From IMG/VR virus record IMGVR_UViG_3300045988_163070: DNA of 64,000 nt; one strand, given 5' to 3'. This DNA comes from a virus. Made by a program: the position numbers and the translations under genes. How positions within the stretch are numbered: position 1 is the first letter of the stretch; every line of letters begins with the position of its first letter. The notes under the pieces were generated by a model. That model was not told where the DNA came from and ran no database searches. It worked only from the letters and a program-made list of their open reading frames with translations. Shown here piece by piece: positions 54,807 to 64,000 of this stretch.

Positions 54807-55280
54807 TTAATAATCAAGTTCTTGATATAACATCTTCCGACCAAATGAAATGCGGCTTCGGACTGTTCCAGTCGGGACATTCAACAGTTCACTTATTTCG
54901 TCATAGGAATATCCCTGGGCACAATATATTAAGCTATCCATACAACATGATTTTTGGGCACACCGGCGAATGGCAGACACAACATCATTAAACATTGCCA
55001 AATTAGAAGCATAATCAGAAGAAGCATTTTCAACTGCTGAATCATATCCAATAAAATGTATGAGAGAATTTCTATTGTACTGCGTAATATAAGTATTCTG
55101 CATGACAGCAAGGCACCACGGTTTCAAAGGTTTTGATACATCGAACTTATCACGATTTATAAGCATTTTGTACACCGTGTCACCGGCTAAATCTTCTGCA
55201 TCCTGCATAGATCGGCAGAATCTTTTCGCTACACGTAATATCCAGGGATATATTTCTGATACTTCCTTTTCAAAGTCCAT
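54807..55280 (-). CDS. ECF-type sigma-70 family RNA polymerase sigma factor
   Basis: 157 aa. Region 2-like DAEDLAGDTVYKML...KPWCLAVMQNTYI. Region 4 HTH YSYDEISELLNVPTGTVRSRISFGRKML. Confidence 0.7.
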   Translation of the reverse strand: MDFEKEVSEIYPWILRVAKRFCRSMQDAEDLAGDTVYKMLINRDKFDVSKPLKPWCLAVMQNTYITQYNRNSLIHFIGYDSAVENASSDYASNLAMFNDVVSAIRRCAQKSCCMDSLIYCAQGYSYDEISELLNVPTGTVRSRISFGRKMLYQELDY

Positions 55281-55557
55281 TGTCAGCCCTCCTTATTAGG
55301 TGTATCTTAGGTTCACCATTAATGCACCTTTCCACATATTCCCGATGCATTATGCTTTGTTCGTGCATTTCTTTAGCAGAACGCTCGATAGAACTAATGA
55401 TAGTGCCTATGTCAGGGGGTAACGAGGCAATCATTTCTTTTACTGCGGATACTTCAAATGTTATCCGATCACACTTCGTTTCCAAGGTACGAAGTTCTGA
55501 CAATAAAACATTGCATAAACGCTTATTTATGCAGTTTGCGTTGTTCTTTCTATTCAT
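55270..55557 (-). CDS. small hypothetical protein upstream of the sigma factor
   Basis: 95-aa ORF overlapping the sigma start by 11 nt. Confidence 0.4.
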   Translation of the reverse strand: MNRKNNANCINKRLCNVLLSELRTLETKCDRITFEVSAVKEMIASLPPDIGTIISSIERSAKEMHEQSIMHREYVERCINGEPKIHLIRRADNGL

Positions 55558-55663
55558 AAAAAAGGTCGTTTGTGATTCCTAAAAAGGAGTTACTAACGAC
55601 CTTCGAAAAAATTCGATTGTTATTGAGATTTAATTAATTCTATATCAATATGAAATATAACAT

Positions 55664-56242
55664 TTACGTCCTTTTCTTCTTCATGCTTATCTCTACATCT
55701 GCCTGATGGACGATGTTTGCATAAACAGCAGCATTTATGTTCCGGACATCAATATTCATTTTAAAAAAAGTCATAAGAAAAGCTATTTCAGCATCAAAAG
55801 AAGAACGTATCTGTTCCGGAGTAGCTTTTTCTTTCTTCTCATCAGAACGCATATCATCGCTTCTCTTTTGCTCAAATAAAGCAGATCGCAACAATTCTTC
55901 AACTTTAGACTTAACTTGTTCATCAGACATGGATTTCGTATCATATGATAACAAAGCCAAAGTCTCCCGGACATCTTCATAAGCATCAATAGCAATCAGA
56001 GAAATACAAACTTTAAAAAGCAAAACACGTGCCCTCTCTTTTATCATATCCTCACGATCAACTAACACAGATTTCAATCCGGACGGATTAGTTATCTTCT
56101 TGTACTCTATTATCAAATCAGATGAACGTTTCTTTAATTCCATCTCATTAATATCCTCATCTGGTGAAAGTAATACGGAGCAATCACCACATGAAAGCTC
56201 TATAAAATCATATAGAGATAATTGGTTCAATCTTTCAATCAT
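55664..56242 (-). CDS. hypothetical protein downstream of tape measure
   Basis: 192-aa ORF. Its start overlaps the TMP stop by 4 nt. Confidence 0.5.
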   Translation of the reverse strand: MIERLNQLSLYDFIELSCGDCSVLLSPDEDINEMELKKRSSDLIIEYKKITNPSGLKSVLVDREDMIKERARVLLFKVCISLIAIDAYEDVRETLALLSYDTKSMSDEQVKSKVEELLRSALFEQKRSDDMRSDEKKEKATPEQIRSSFDAEIAFLMTFFKMNIDVRNINAAVYANIVHQADVEISMKKKRT

Positions 56243-59200
56243 AACCGGGAAAGCATATAATATTTATAATCACGGGCACACGCATCTTTATGTTGCTGCT
56301 TACCAATACTGCGTAGTTCATGACGTAAGCCCTTTATTTCATATTTCAAATCACTATAATCATTGAAAATAATAGGTTCACCAGTAGTATCCACTCCTAC
56401 AAAGGTGGGAGAAAGAGAGGGAACATCCCATTCCGGAACATCCCAATCAGGCAAATCAATAGAGCTCACATCCGGAAATACCTGTGCACCTTTAGGAAGA
56501 TCCACAAGTGTAGGAGTATCGGGTGTCACCCATGCTTTACCGGCATACATGACAACCTCATGTTTACCAGCATCACCCACGAGCGCCTTACCGCCCGGAT
56601 GAGCACCGTCTTTCGTTCCTTCAGCATAAGAAGGAATCGGTGTAGCGAGAATAGTTGCCACTTGAATAGCTCCCAATGCTCCTATCAAGATTGATAACGG
56701 GATATTGGGCAACGCTTCAGTAATAGCAAGTGCAGTCGCTATTCCAGCCTGGGCAATACTCGTTGCTTTCTCCCATACAGCTTGTTTATGAGCAATCTCT
56801 TGCTTTTTCTTTTCAAGCTCCTCATTCTTGGCTTCAGTAGCAGCTTTTGCAGAACGTTTACGGGCTTCGGCTTCCTCTTCCGATATGGCACCTTGTTCAG
56901 CCTGCTTTTCATAACGTTCTACATCTTTTTCATACTTCTCATCGTTTGCATCCTGTTCTTCCTCTATTCGGTCAATCTGACCGTCATAAACAGTACTGAC
57001 AAGACTACCGATTGCACCGACAGCTTGAGATGCAGTCTGCAACCATTTTTTGAGATTCTTTTGACGTTCTTTCTGCGCTTTTTCATCTGCCTTGGTAACA
57101 CTATTGATAGCAGCAATCTCTGCTTCTGCTTCCTCTTCGGCAAGATCAGCCTTTAATTTCTGCAACTGTTCGGCAATCTTAGCCCTATCATCCGCACTAA
57201 GGTTATCAGCTTGAAGTTCCAATTCTAAGGCATCAATAGCGGCTTCGGTAGTCTTTCGAGCATAATCAAGCCGTAACCGGTATTCCTCTGCCGCATATTC
57301 CTGCTGTGTAATTTGCTTAGAAGCCAGTTTCTTTTTCAACGCAAGCATATCCATGATGTGTTCTTCATCACGAATCTTTTGCTCATGAGATGCATTTTCA
57401 GCGATCAATGAAATTTGATCGGAAGCATACTTCTCATACAACTCCTTTTTCTTCTTTGCATACTTTTCAGCAATGAGGAACACATCTTCACCAGTTTTCT
57501 CTGCTGCATCAATTTCACTCTCACGTTGAAGTTCCAACTGTTGAAGTTTTAAATCCAATTCCTCTTTAGAACCTTTTCTAACAACAGTAAGGGCGTTTTC
57601 AATATCCTTCTTTTCACGATCTGAATTATACTTGATGGAATATTCATCAAGAGCACGCTGCATCTCTTTAGCAAGATTCTTCCGGGTTGCAATCTCTTCC
57701 CTACTATATCCCTTAACAGCAGCTATCTTCTTTGAATACTCAATACCAATACGGGCAAGTTCTTTCTCTAATCCCTCATCCATAAGGGAAAGTTCTGATT
57801 CTTGGTAAGTCTGTTGGATTTTCAATTTCTCCTGTGCAGCTTTCTCCAATTCGCGTTTTTCCTTATCAGTGAGAGGTTTTTTGAAAGTACTTTCTGTATT
57901 TTCATTCTTTGGATTAAATTTTTCTGCAATTTTATCAAGTCCAGCATTAAATTCATCACTCGAATATATCCTAAAGAAATTTTTAGAAAACTCTAATTGC
58001 GCCCTATCAGCTTTTTGAGCTTCTTTTGTATATACTCCAAACATCTTAGCACCTGCATTTTTAAACCATGACATATTTTCAAATTCTGATGTAGAGTACA
58101 GGGCACCAGTTTTCATTCTTTCTAAAGCCTTACGTTCTTGAGCTGTCACTTCAATTCGTTTATTCTTCATTTGAATAACAGCTTTGGTATATGCTTCTTC
58201 CTCTGAATCGCCTGCATCAAGAAGTCTCTTATACTCACTTTGAAACTCTTTTTCAGCTTCCAATATTTTATTATTTGCATCCTTTTGTGCAAGTCCTCTA
58301 AAGTTTGTTTCTATTTGAGTTATTTTATCTTCGGGAGATTTTAAATCATTAGCTATGCTTCTAATCTTATCGGCCATCCAATTAAGAAACTCTTTTGCAG
58401 GACCTGTTGATTCAGAAAATGAGAGCATGAATGCTTCCCATGCAGACGAAAGATTAGCCAAAGCTCCCTGAACATTATCTCCCATTGTGTGTGCCATATT
58501 AGCAAGCTCTCCATCTACACCAGTTATTTGATCACGTAATGGAACAATCTTATCAGCGGCAGTAAGGAAAGCGTTGAAAGCTGCTACACTCCGTTTATCC
58601 GTCATTTCAAGAGTAGTATTCAAATCTACTCCCTGCTCTTTCAACTTCTGTAAACCAATAACCAATTCAGGCAATGTCTTTACAGGACCTCCCAGTGATT
58701 TTGCAAGTACACCATTAGTATCAGCTAAATTTAATAGAATATTACGTGTAGCGGTAGCAGACATAGAAGCATCAAAGCCAGCATCTGCAAGTTTTCCAAC
58801 CAATGCTAAAGTATCCTCTATGGTAAAATTGAAAGCTTTAGCAACCGGGCCTACGATAGGTAATGCAGTAGCAAGGTATGAAAAAGATAAAGCGCTTTTC
58901 GAGGTTGCAACTGCCATAGCAGAAACATAGCGTTCAGTTTCTTTGGTATCTGCATTAAACATTCTCAAAGCTGCACCTGATAAAGCGGCAGCATCTGATA
59001 ATTCAGCACCAGTCGCTTGAGCAAATTTGAGTACAGCTTCTGTTGATTCTAAAATTTCTTTTCTAGTAAATCCTAATTTTGCTAACTCTATTTGTAATTC
59101 AGTAGCTTCCGAAGCAGTATATTTAGTAGTAGCTCCCAAACGTTGAGCATCAGAAGTTAATTCTTTTATTTTATTTGAAGTAGTACCTAATATAGCTGCA

Positions 59201-60147
59201 AGACGGCTATTGGCATATTCAAACTTAACGATATCCCCAACCCCTTCACGTAATTTGGTGAATAAAGCAACAACACCTGTAACAACAGCTTGTGCACCAA
59301 TATATCCAGCAGCTATGCCTTTTAACCCCATGCCGACTTGACTCAAGCCTTTACCCATGTGCTGTTGAAGCATCAAACCGGAATTTCGAGCAATAATACC
59401 CATGTTTTTCATAGATCTATTGCCATTCTCTAATTCAATGATAGCAGCTTTGATTTCTTCCCGATATGCACCTACTGTCATCTTCTGCTGTGTGTACCGG
59501 TCGGAGTTACGTTTCACATAATCGGTATTAATACCTATTGTGGAGTTAAGGCGTGCAAGAGTCCGGATATAGTTCTCATCAGTATCTTTCAATACATCTA
59601 CAGCCTTTTGAAGCTGTTTATTCATTTCTTTTGCTTGTGCCTTACTATGTACTTCCTGATTGGTTAGAGTGATAGCTGTCCGGATGAGCTTTAACCGTTC
59701 TTCCTCTGTCAATACAGTTTTCTTACGAGTACTATTACCTGCATTTTGAGCTTTGGTTAAGTTGGCTTCTGCTTTAGCACTTTTTTCTAAAGAAGAAGCA
59801 TTATCAGCACTCGCCTTAGTAAGTTTCTTGATTTCAGCAGTGGAAAGCTTTTCTGTATTCAACTTTTCCTCTATACGTTTTGTCACAGTCTGGGATATTT
59901 CCGACTGTTTTCTAAGAGCTTCGGTCAATTCATTAGAAGCGGAACTCGCATTTTTAGATTGAGTAGTATATATAGAGCCTAACTTTTCAAGATCGGCAAT
60001 TCCGTCCACATTAATCTTTAACCCTTTTGCAAGATCTTTGGCCGCATTGGCATACGTTGCCCTTACACGCTCAATAGTATTATCCAGTTCAACCAATGTC
60101 TGAATCTCACCATCCTTTACAAGTCCTTCTATTACTAATTCTGCCAT
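56239..60147 (-). CDS. tail tape measure protein (TP901-type core)
   Basis: 1302 aa. ILGTTSNKIKELTSDAQRLGATTKYTASEATELQIELAKLGF...ALSFSYLATALPIVGPVA core. Long coiled coils. C-terminal TM-like segment. Confidence 0.88.
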   Translation of the reverse strand: MAELVIEGLVKDGEIQTLVELDNTIERVRATYANAAKDLAKGLKINVDGIADLEKLGSIYTTQSKNASSASNELTEALRKQSEISQTVTKRIEEKLNTEKLSTAEIKKLTKASADNASSLEKSAKAEANLTKAQNAGNSTRKKTVLTEEERLKLIRTAITLTNQEVHSKAQAKEMNKQLQKAVDVLKDTDENYIRTLARLNSTIGINTDYVKRNSDRYTQQKMTVGAYREEIKAAIIELENGNRSMKNMGIIARNSGLMLQQHMGKGLSQVGMGLKGIAAGYIGAQAVVTGVVALFTKLREGVGDIVKFEYANSRLAAILGTTSNKIKELTSDAQRLGATTKYTASEATELQIELAKLGFTRKEILESTEAVLKFAQATGAELSDAAALSGAALRMFNADTKETERYVSAMAVATSKSALSFSYLATALPIVGPVAKAFNFTIEDTLALVGKLADAGFDASMSATATRNILLNLADTNGVLAKSLGGPVKTLPELVIGLQKLKEQGVDLNTTLEMTDKRSVAAFNAFLTAADKIVPLRDQITGVDGELANMAHTMGDNVQGALANLSSAWEAFMLSFSESTGPAKEFLNWMADKIRSIANDLKSPEDKITQIETNFRGLAQKDANNKILEAEKEFQSEYKRLLDAGDSEEEAYTKAVIQMKNKRIEVTAQERKALERMKTGALYSTSEFENMSWFKNAGAKMFGVYTKEAQKADRAQLEFSKNFFRIYSSDEFNAGLDKIAEKFNPKNENTESTFKKPLTDKEKRELEKAAQEKLKIQQTYQESELSLMDEGLEKELARIGIEYSKKIAAVKGYSREEIATRKNLAKEMQRALDEYSIKYNSDREKKDIENALTVVRKGSKEELDLKLQQLELQRESEIDAAEKTGEDVFLIAEKYAKKKKELYEKYASDQISLIAENASHEQKIRDEEHIMDMLALKKKLASKQITQQEYAAEEYRLRLDYARKTTEAAIDALELELQADNLSADDRAKIAEQLQKLKADLAEEEAEAEIAAINSVTKADEKAQKERQKNLKKWLQTASQAVGAIGSLVSTVYDGQIDRIEEEQDANDEKYEKDVERYEKQAEQGAISEEEAEARKRSAKAATEAKNEELEKKKQEIAHKQAVWEKATSIAQAGIATALAITEALPNIPLSILIGALGAIQVATILATPIPSYAEGTKDGAHPGGKALVGDAGKHEVVMYAGKAWVTPDTPTLVDLPKGAQVFPDVSSIDLPDWDVPEWDVPSLSPTFVGVDTTGEPIIFNDYSDLKYEIKGLRHELRSIGKQQHKDACARDYKYYMLSRL

Positions 60148-60149
60148 AA

Positions 60150-60338
60150 TTATAGGTAATGTCTATATTCGATAATCTTTCCTTTAATCTCATTCCCAAC
60201 CTTATCAAAAGCATAGGTACCGTCCTCTTTTTGATAAACAACATACATACAGCCATCTAAAATAGCTGCTTTCTTCGCCAGTTCACTGATACGATCCAGT
60301 TCACTTTGCATTTTCTTTATCTCGCATCCACAAGCCAT
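60150..60338 (-). CDS. small protein upstream of TMP (tail chaperone position)
   Basis: 62-aa ORF. The call is positional only. Confidence 0.35.
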   Translation of the reverse strand: MACGCEIKKMQSELDRISELAKKAAILDGCMYVVYQKEDGTYAFDKVGNEIKGKIIEYRHYL

Positions 60339-60341
60339 AGC

Positions 60342-60863
60342 CTACCGGTACCCACATTCAGAAAAGAAACGCTCTAACCATGGACGAAGATACATGATGT
60401 TGAAATACTCCTTTGCAGTATCTCCAACGCCAAGAACCTGCTCACCATACTTTCTTTCAATGGATGGCCCCTCTTTAAAACCTTTTGTTTCAAAGCGTAA
60501 TCCGGAATCTATTTTTTGCGCAAAAATGCTATCATAAAAAGTACCAGTGATAAAAAGGTTAGGAACCTCAACGGGGCGTGGTGGCAAATAAAGCATCTCT
60601 CCCCTAAGAGGTGGGGTTATCTTCTCTTTCCAATGTTTATACCTTTCTGCTTGATTTTGCCAGGGACCGGGTTCATTGAAATAGGTATCGTTATCATAAG
60701 TAGGATTCAATAAATGTTCAGTACCATCTATACCACTATATAACTGTTCCTGTATGCAGTCAATAAGCACATTCTTATTTTCCTCCATACATTTGACACA
60801 CTCTCCCTTAAACCCGGAAGCAATGGAATGAATCACATCATAAACTTTATCAAAATCTGCCAT
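60342..60863 (-). CDS. tail assembly protein (positional)
   Basis: 173-aa ORF between the major-tail-position gene and the TMP. Confidence 0.4.
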   Translation of the reverse strand: MADFDKVYDVIHSIASGFKGECVKCMEENKNVLIDCIQEQLYSGIDGTEHLLNPTYDNDTYFNEPGPWQNQAERYKHWKEKITPPLRGEMLYLPPRPVEVPNLFITGTFYDSIFAQKIDSGLRFETKGFKEGPSIERKYGEQVLGVGDTAKEYFNIMYLRPWLERFFSECGYR

Positions 60864-61065
60864 ATAATAAATAATGAAATGGGCCGGGCTGCAACTACAC
60901 CCCAGCCCATTAGTTACTTAGTTATCGTATCGAACACATCAGAGAGCTTCTTCCGGCGCTTTTCCTCTTTCAAGTTTAGCCACACCACATTGATATGAGC
61001 TTCAATAAATTCTTCCTTCGTCATCTCCTTTACTACGGAATCAACGAACGTTACACCATCTGTTT

Positions 61066-61905
61066 TCATGCTACCTGCTCAATACCTCTAATTCCTTTTT
61101 CAAACAACACAGAAGGAGATTTCAACGAAGGAACAGCACCTGCTTTGGGGACAATGGTTATTACACCATCAGCATAAGAAGCAGAAGTTGTATTATTCAT
61201 AACCTCGGCGGCACCATCAGCGATGAGACTTCCGAATTCTTCTGTACGATCGTAGCCACCAATCTTCTCGATAATCTTGTAGGCATTTTCCGCTTCTGTC
61301 TTTTCAAAAACGACATCAACCAAGCCCATCAAGAAGTTTTTAGGATTGAAATCTAACTGCACATAATCAAAATTCAACAGGCTTTCTTCTGCATCCTCAT
61401 GAGCGAAACTTACTGTCATAGTTGATTTTGCACCACTTGTCGGGAAACGAGTAACAGTCGGATAAACAGAAGACATTGAAATACCTGCCAATACATCTGT
61501 ACCATCATTAAAGCCAATCAAGGTGTTATCTTGATTCCAAAAATAAACGTCCCACCCCTTGTTAGCACACCTCAAAAGTTGGGCATTCAAAACTTCGTCG
61601 AAACTCTTTAAAGTAAAGGTATCTGTAAGAGCATTAAGCCCGTTGTACTCACTTGCACCATAACCAGTCGCATTTACCTGTGGATCACCACCATTCGAAG
61701 CATATTCCAGGAATGGGAAAATAGGATAAATACGACCCGGGCGGTCAGCATGGCATAATTCAAGTAACTTCTCACTTGTAATATCGGCAGGAAGTTTCAC
61801 GCCATGTTCTACCATAATAGCACCTTTGACTTTCTTCCAGTCGATTTTACATGCAGAACTACCTGTATTCATCCGGCCACCTTTACATGTTCTAATCTTT
61901 CTCAT
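61066..61905 (-). CDS. major tail protein (positional)
   Basis: 279-aa ORF in the standard slot upstream of the chaperone-position genes and the TMP. Confidence 0.4.
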   Translation of the reverse strand: MRKIRTCKGGRMNTGSSACKIDWKKVKGAIMVEHGVKLPADITSEKLLELCHADRPGRIYPIFPFLEYASNGGDPQVNATGYGASEYNGLNALTDTFTLKSFDEVLNAQLLRCANKGWDVYFWNQDNTLIGFNDGTDVLAGISMSSVYPTVTRFPTSGAKSTMTVSFAHEDAEESLLNFDYVQLDFNPKNFLMGLVDVVFEKTEAENAYKIIEKIGGYDRTEEFGSLIADGAAEVMNNTTSASYADGVITIVPKAGAVPSLKSPSVLFEKGIRGIEQVA

Positions 61906-62474
61906 TTTCTTCTACAATTAAGATTATTAATTTTTATTTCCATCGAGCGTATGTTTATGGCATCTATGGGCTCGCTCACAGCCTTACCGGAATCTGTATA
62001 GGCTCCGTATCTACCATACGAATAATTCTCTGAATAACTATGTTTCACTTTCTCGTCACAGTCGCAGTCGAACCGGAAATCTTCATATAATACTTCCAAC
62101 AAACGTTTATAGATTGGACGGAGAATATTCTTGAAAGATGTAGTTCTACGTTCCTCATTACTCCACTCCTTACAGGATGAACAAACTATAATCAACGAAA
62201 CCTTTGCCTTAGAAAAATAATTTGGATCACTTCTATCTTCATAAATTGGAGTAAAGAGTGCAACCAGCGGGAACTTTTTTTCAGACTGGCCAGGAGATTT
62301 ACTGTATTCATCTAATATGTCCTTGATATATTGACTGCTACCAAAGATGTAATTCAATCTTGGTGACTTTACAATTTTTGCCCCACCTTTCCCATTAGGG
62401 TAGAGGATTTCAAGTCCTTCAGGAAGTTTTCTAACTACTTCTTCAAACAGTTCTGTTATATCCAATTCCATCAT
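61902..62474 (-). CDS. head-tail joining/neck protein (positional)
   Basis: 190-aa ORF with 4-nt overlaps on both neighbours. Confidence 0.4.
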   Translation of the reverse strand: MMELDITELFEEVVRKLPEGLEILYPNGKGGAKIVKSPRLNYIFGSSQYIKDILDEYSKSPGQSEKKFPLVALFTPIYEDRSDPNYFSKAKVSLIIVCSSCKEWSNEERRTTSFKNILRPIYKRLLEVLYEDFRFDCDCDEKVKHSYSENYSYGRYGAYTDSGKAVSEPIDAINIRSMEIKINNLNCRRK

Positions 62475-63013
62475 AAATTGAAAGCATTAATGGGAGTTAA
62501 TAGGTTCTTTTGAATCTTCAAACCGGTGAAAGGACAATCATCGGACATCGCCCATTCTACAAAGAGTCGGTTCTTCTTCACCATGCTGTTCCAGACACTA
62601 ACCTGTCTCTTAATCGGAGATATATACTCGTTAGCACATTTCAATCTTACAAGACCAGTGATAGTAGCCTGTGTATTCATATCACGTAAAATGTGAAAGA
62701 ACACATAATCGGCGAACGGTTCACTTAGCTTTTCACATAAAAGTGCATATCCGGATTGAGGTTCATCTTTTTCCAAGATATCAACCTCATCTGAAGAATC
62801 CTCTTTTTCCTGTTCTACGATCTCCAAATAATCAGTAATAGCTTGTGAAAGACTAAAACCGACAGCAGTATGAAGAAATTCGGTCTGAAATGCCTTGATA
62901 TACCCGTTTATCACCTCATTTACTGCAAGAGACTGGGGCGAAGGCATTTCAGCGACCGAAGCATTCTCAATATGCCTGGGACCTGACGTAAAATATGAAA
63001 CATCAATCAACAT
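62471..63013 (-). CDS. head-tail joining protein (positional)
   Basis: 180-aa ORF. Confidence 0.4.
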   Translation of the reverse strand: MLIDVSYFTSGPRHIENASVAEMPSPQSLAVNEVINGYIKAFQTEFLHTAVGFSLSQAITDYLEIVEQEKEDSSDEVDILEKDEPQSGYALLCEKLSEPFADYVFFHILRDMNTQATITGLVRLKCANEYISPIKRQVSVWNSMVKKNRLFVEWAMSDDCPFTGLKIQKNLLTPINAFNL

Positions 63014-63021
63014 GGCAATAG

Positions 63022-63444
63022 TTATTTAGAAGCCTTACCCTTTCCGGTTTTCTTTTCATCTTCCACGGAAACGGTTTTATCATCAACAACAGTTACTTCC
63101 TTAGCATCTCCAGCAGGCAATTCTTTTGAATCGGCAGCCGGAAGATTCTTGTTATCAGAAGGAATCAGGGCTTCAAGTTCTGCAATACGAGCTTTCATTG
63201 TATCACGTTCATCTGTCAGTTCAACAATAGCTTTATCTTTCTCCGTAATGGATTCAGTAAGTTCACCGATTTTCGCATCTTTCTCTGTGAGCATACATTC
63301 CAATGTCTTTTGAGCATCTTCTTCTGTCACCAAGCCGCATTCGGAAATGGGAGTGAATGAAACCACCCCTCTACCAATCCGAATACGCTGCTCTTTAAGT
63401 ACATTGGCTACATCCTTATCATTTCCTCTAAGTATGTAATCCAT
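63022..63444 (-). CDS. hypothetical head-associated protein
   Basis: 140 aa. Central coiled coil and K-rich tail. Located directly after the capsid gene. Confidence 0.4.
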   Translation of the reverse strand: MDYILRGNDKDVANVLKEQRIRIGRGVVSFTPISECGLVTEEDAQKTLECMLTEKDAKIGELTESITEKDKAIVELTDERDTMKARIAELEALIPSDNKNLPAADSKELPAGDAKEVTVVDDKTVSVEDEKKTGKGKASK

Positions 63445-63448
63445 AATT

Positions 63449-64000
63449 CTACTTTTTAGTAATTGCTTCTTTCAATTCAGCCAAATCTCCATAAGCGAAT
63501 GCCCAAGGATTGTAAACAGGGAAAATCACCTCTTCACTCGCAATAAGAACCACCTCGTTACACAACTTCGTTTCCACATCTTCAGCCCACTCTAACGCAA
63601 GATTAGTGTAGTCAACGATTGATGCCCCCATGTGCATATCTCCAATAAAGTATTTACCCGGCAACATACCCGTACTTTCTACAATCGGACGATTAGCAAT
63701 GTGTTTTACACCGTTAACTACCTTAATAATGCCAAGATTACGCCCTGTGGTATCCTTTTCTGATTCCATCGCATTAACATCGGACGGATTGAGAGTAATA
63801 GCATTGGGATAATACTGTGCATAGGTCATCACAGCGAATGCTGTCTTAATAACATCTTCCGAATTAGGAGCCTCGATGCTTTGGAAAAATGAGTTGTTGA
63901 CAGTAAATGTCATACTTGCAATGCCTGTTTCCTCACCTACAAAAGCAACACCTTTCAACAAGATTTGACGGTCATTCATCTTGATAATAGGATTCGCTTT
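63449..64000 (-). CDS. HK97-fold major capsid protein, C-terminal part (ORF continues past the right edge)
   Basis: The frame stays open upstream of the M at 63979 up to base 64000. IANRPIVESTGMLPGKYFIGDMHMGASIVDYTNLALEW...VVLIASEEVIFPVYNPWAFAYG fits the Phage_capsid C-terminal pattern. Confidence 0.65.
   Translation of the reverse strand, partial: KANPIIKMNDRQILLKGVAFVGEETGIASMTFTVNNSFFQSIEAPNSEDVIKTAFAVMTYAQYYPNAITLNPSDVNAMESEKDTTGRNLGIIKVVNGVKHIANRPIVESTGMLPGKYFIGDMHMGASIVDYTNLALEWAEDVETKLCNEVVLIASEEVIFPVYNPWAFAYGDLAELKEAITKK

Noticed and set aside
56782-59962. Plus-strand ORFs (64-124 aa) and internal repeats in the tape-measure region.
   Set aside because: These are antisense shadows of a long coiled-coil gene. 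The apparent repetitiveness reflects E/K/A-rich heptads rather than DNA-level repeats.

Overview
The window is almost entirely one AT-rich temperate tailed-phage genome, read in circularly permuted form, with most genes on the minus strand. A portal gene runs off the left edge and an HK97-like capsid gene runs off the right edge. The integrase sits in the middle, so this looks like the episomal or virion arrangement rather than a prophage with host flanks. Promoter-like motifs and the integrase type suggest a Bacteroidota-type host, but that is inference only.

Layout:
- 1-3.2 kb: packaging genes (portal fragment, TerL, TerS).
- 3.4-9.1 kb: non-essential block with a plus-strand type II Zorya-like operon (MotA-like ZorA, MotB/OmpA-like ZorB, HNH ZorE) and a convergent pair (papain-like peptidase-like protein plus McrA-like HNH).
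- 9-24.6 kb: replication and recombination genes. These include two ParB-like proteins, a GT-A-like protein, an HNH homing endonuclease, a DnaC-like loader, VRR-NUC, an SNF2 helicase, NinB/Orf, SSB, a PD-(D/E)XK exonuclease and a Rad52-like annealase. Conserved ~90-bp intergenic repeats occur here.
- 24.66-25.34 kb: cluster of non-canonical tRNA-like genes.
- 25.4-35 kb: accessory and lysogeny island. It holds an uncharacterised 3-gene cassette, a tRNA with an 8-nt anticodon loop, an operator/repressor switch and a tyrosine integrase.
- 35.5-37.3 kb: lysis cassette.
- 38.0-47.4 kb: diversity-generating retroelement (RT, TR 39546-39656, VR 39898-40008) acting on the C-terminus of a 2521-aa multidomain fibre protein.
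- 47.4-50.6 kb: baseplate-region genes.
- 50.7-55.6 kb: regulatory and moron block with an ECF sigma factor.
- 56.2-64 kb: tape measure, tail and head genes.

Most interesting by my reading:
- The tRNA-like RNAs with extended anticodon helices, one of which carries a nested second tRNA elbow.
- The 27.3-29.4 kb three-gene cassette.
- The peptidase-like/HNH pair beside Zorya.
- The DGR with no adjacent Avd gene.

All functional calls come from motif reading by eye. No searches were run.
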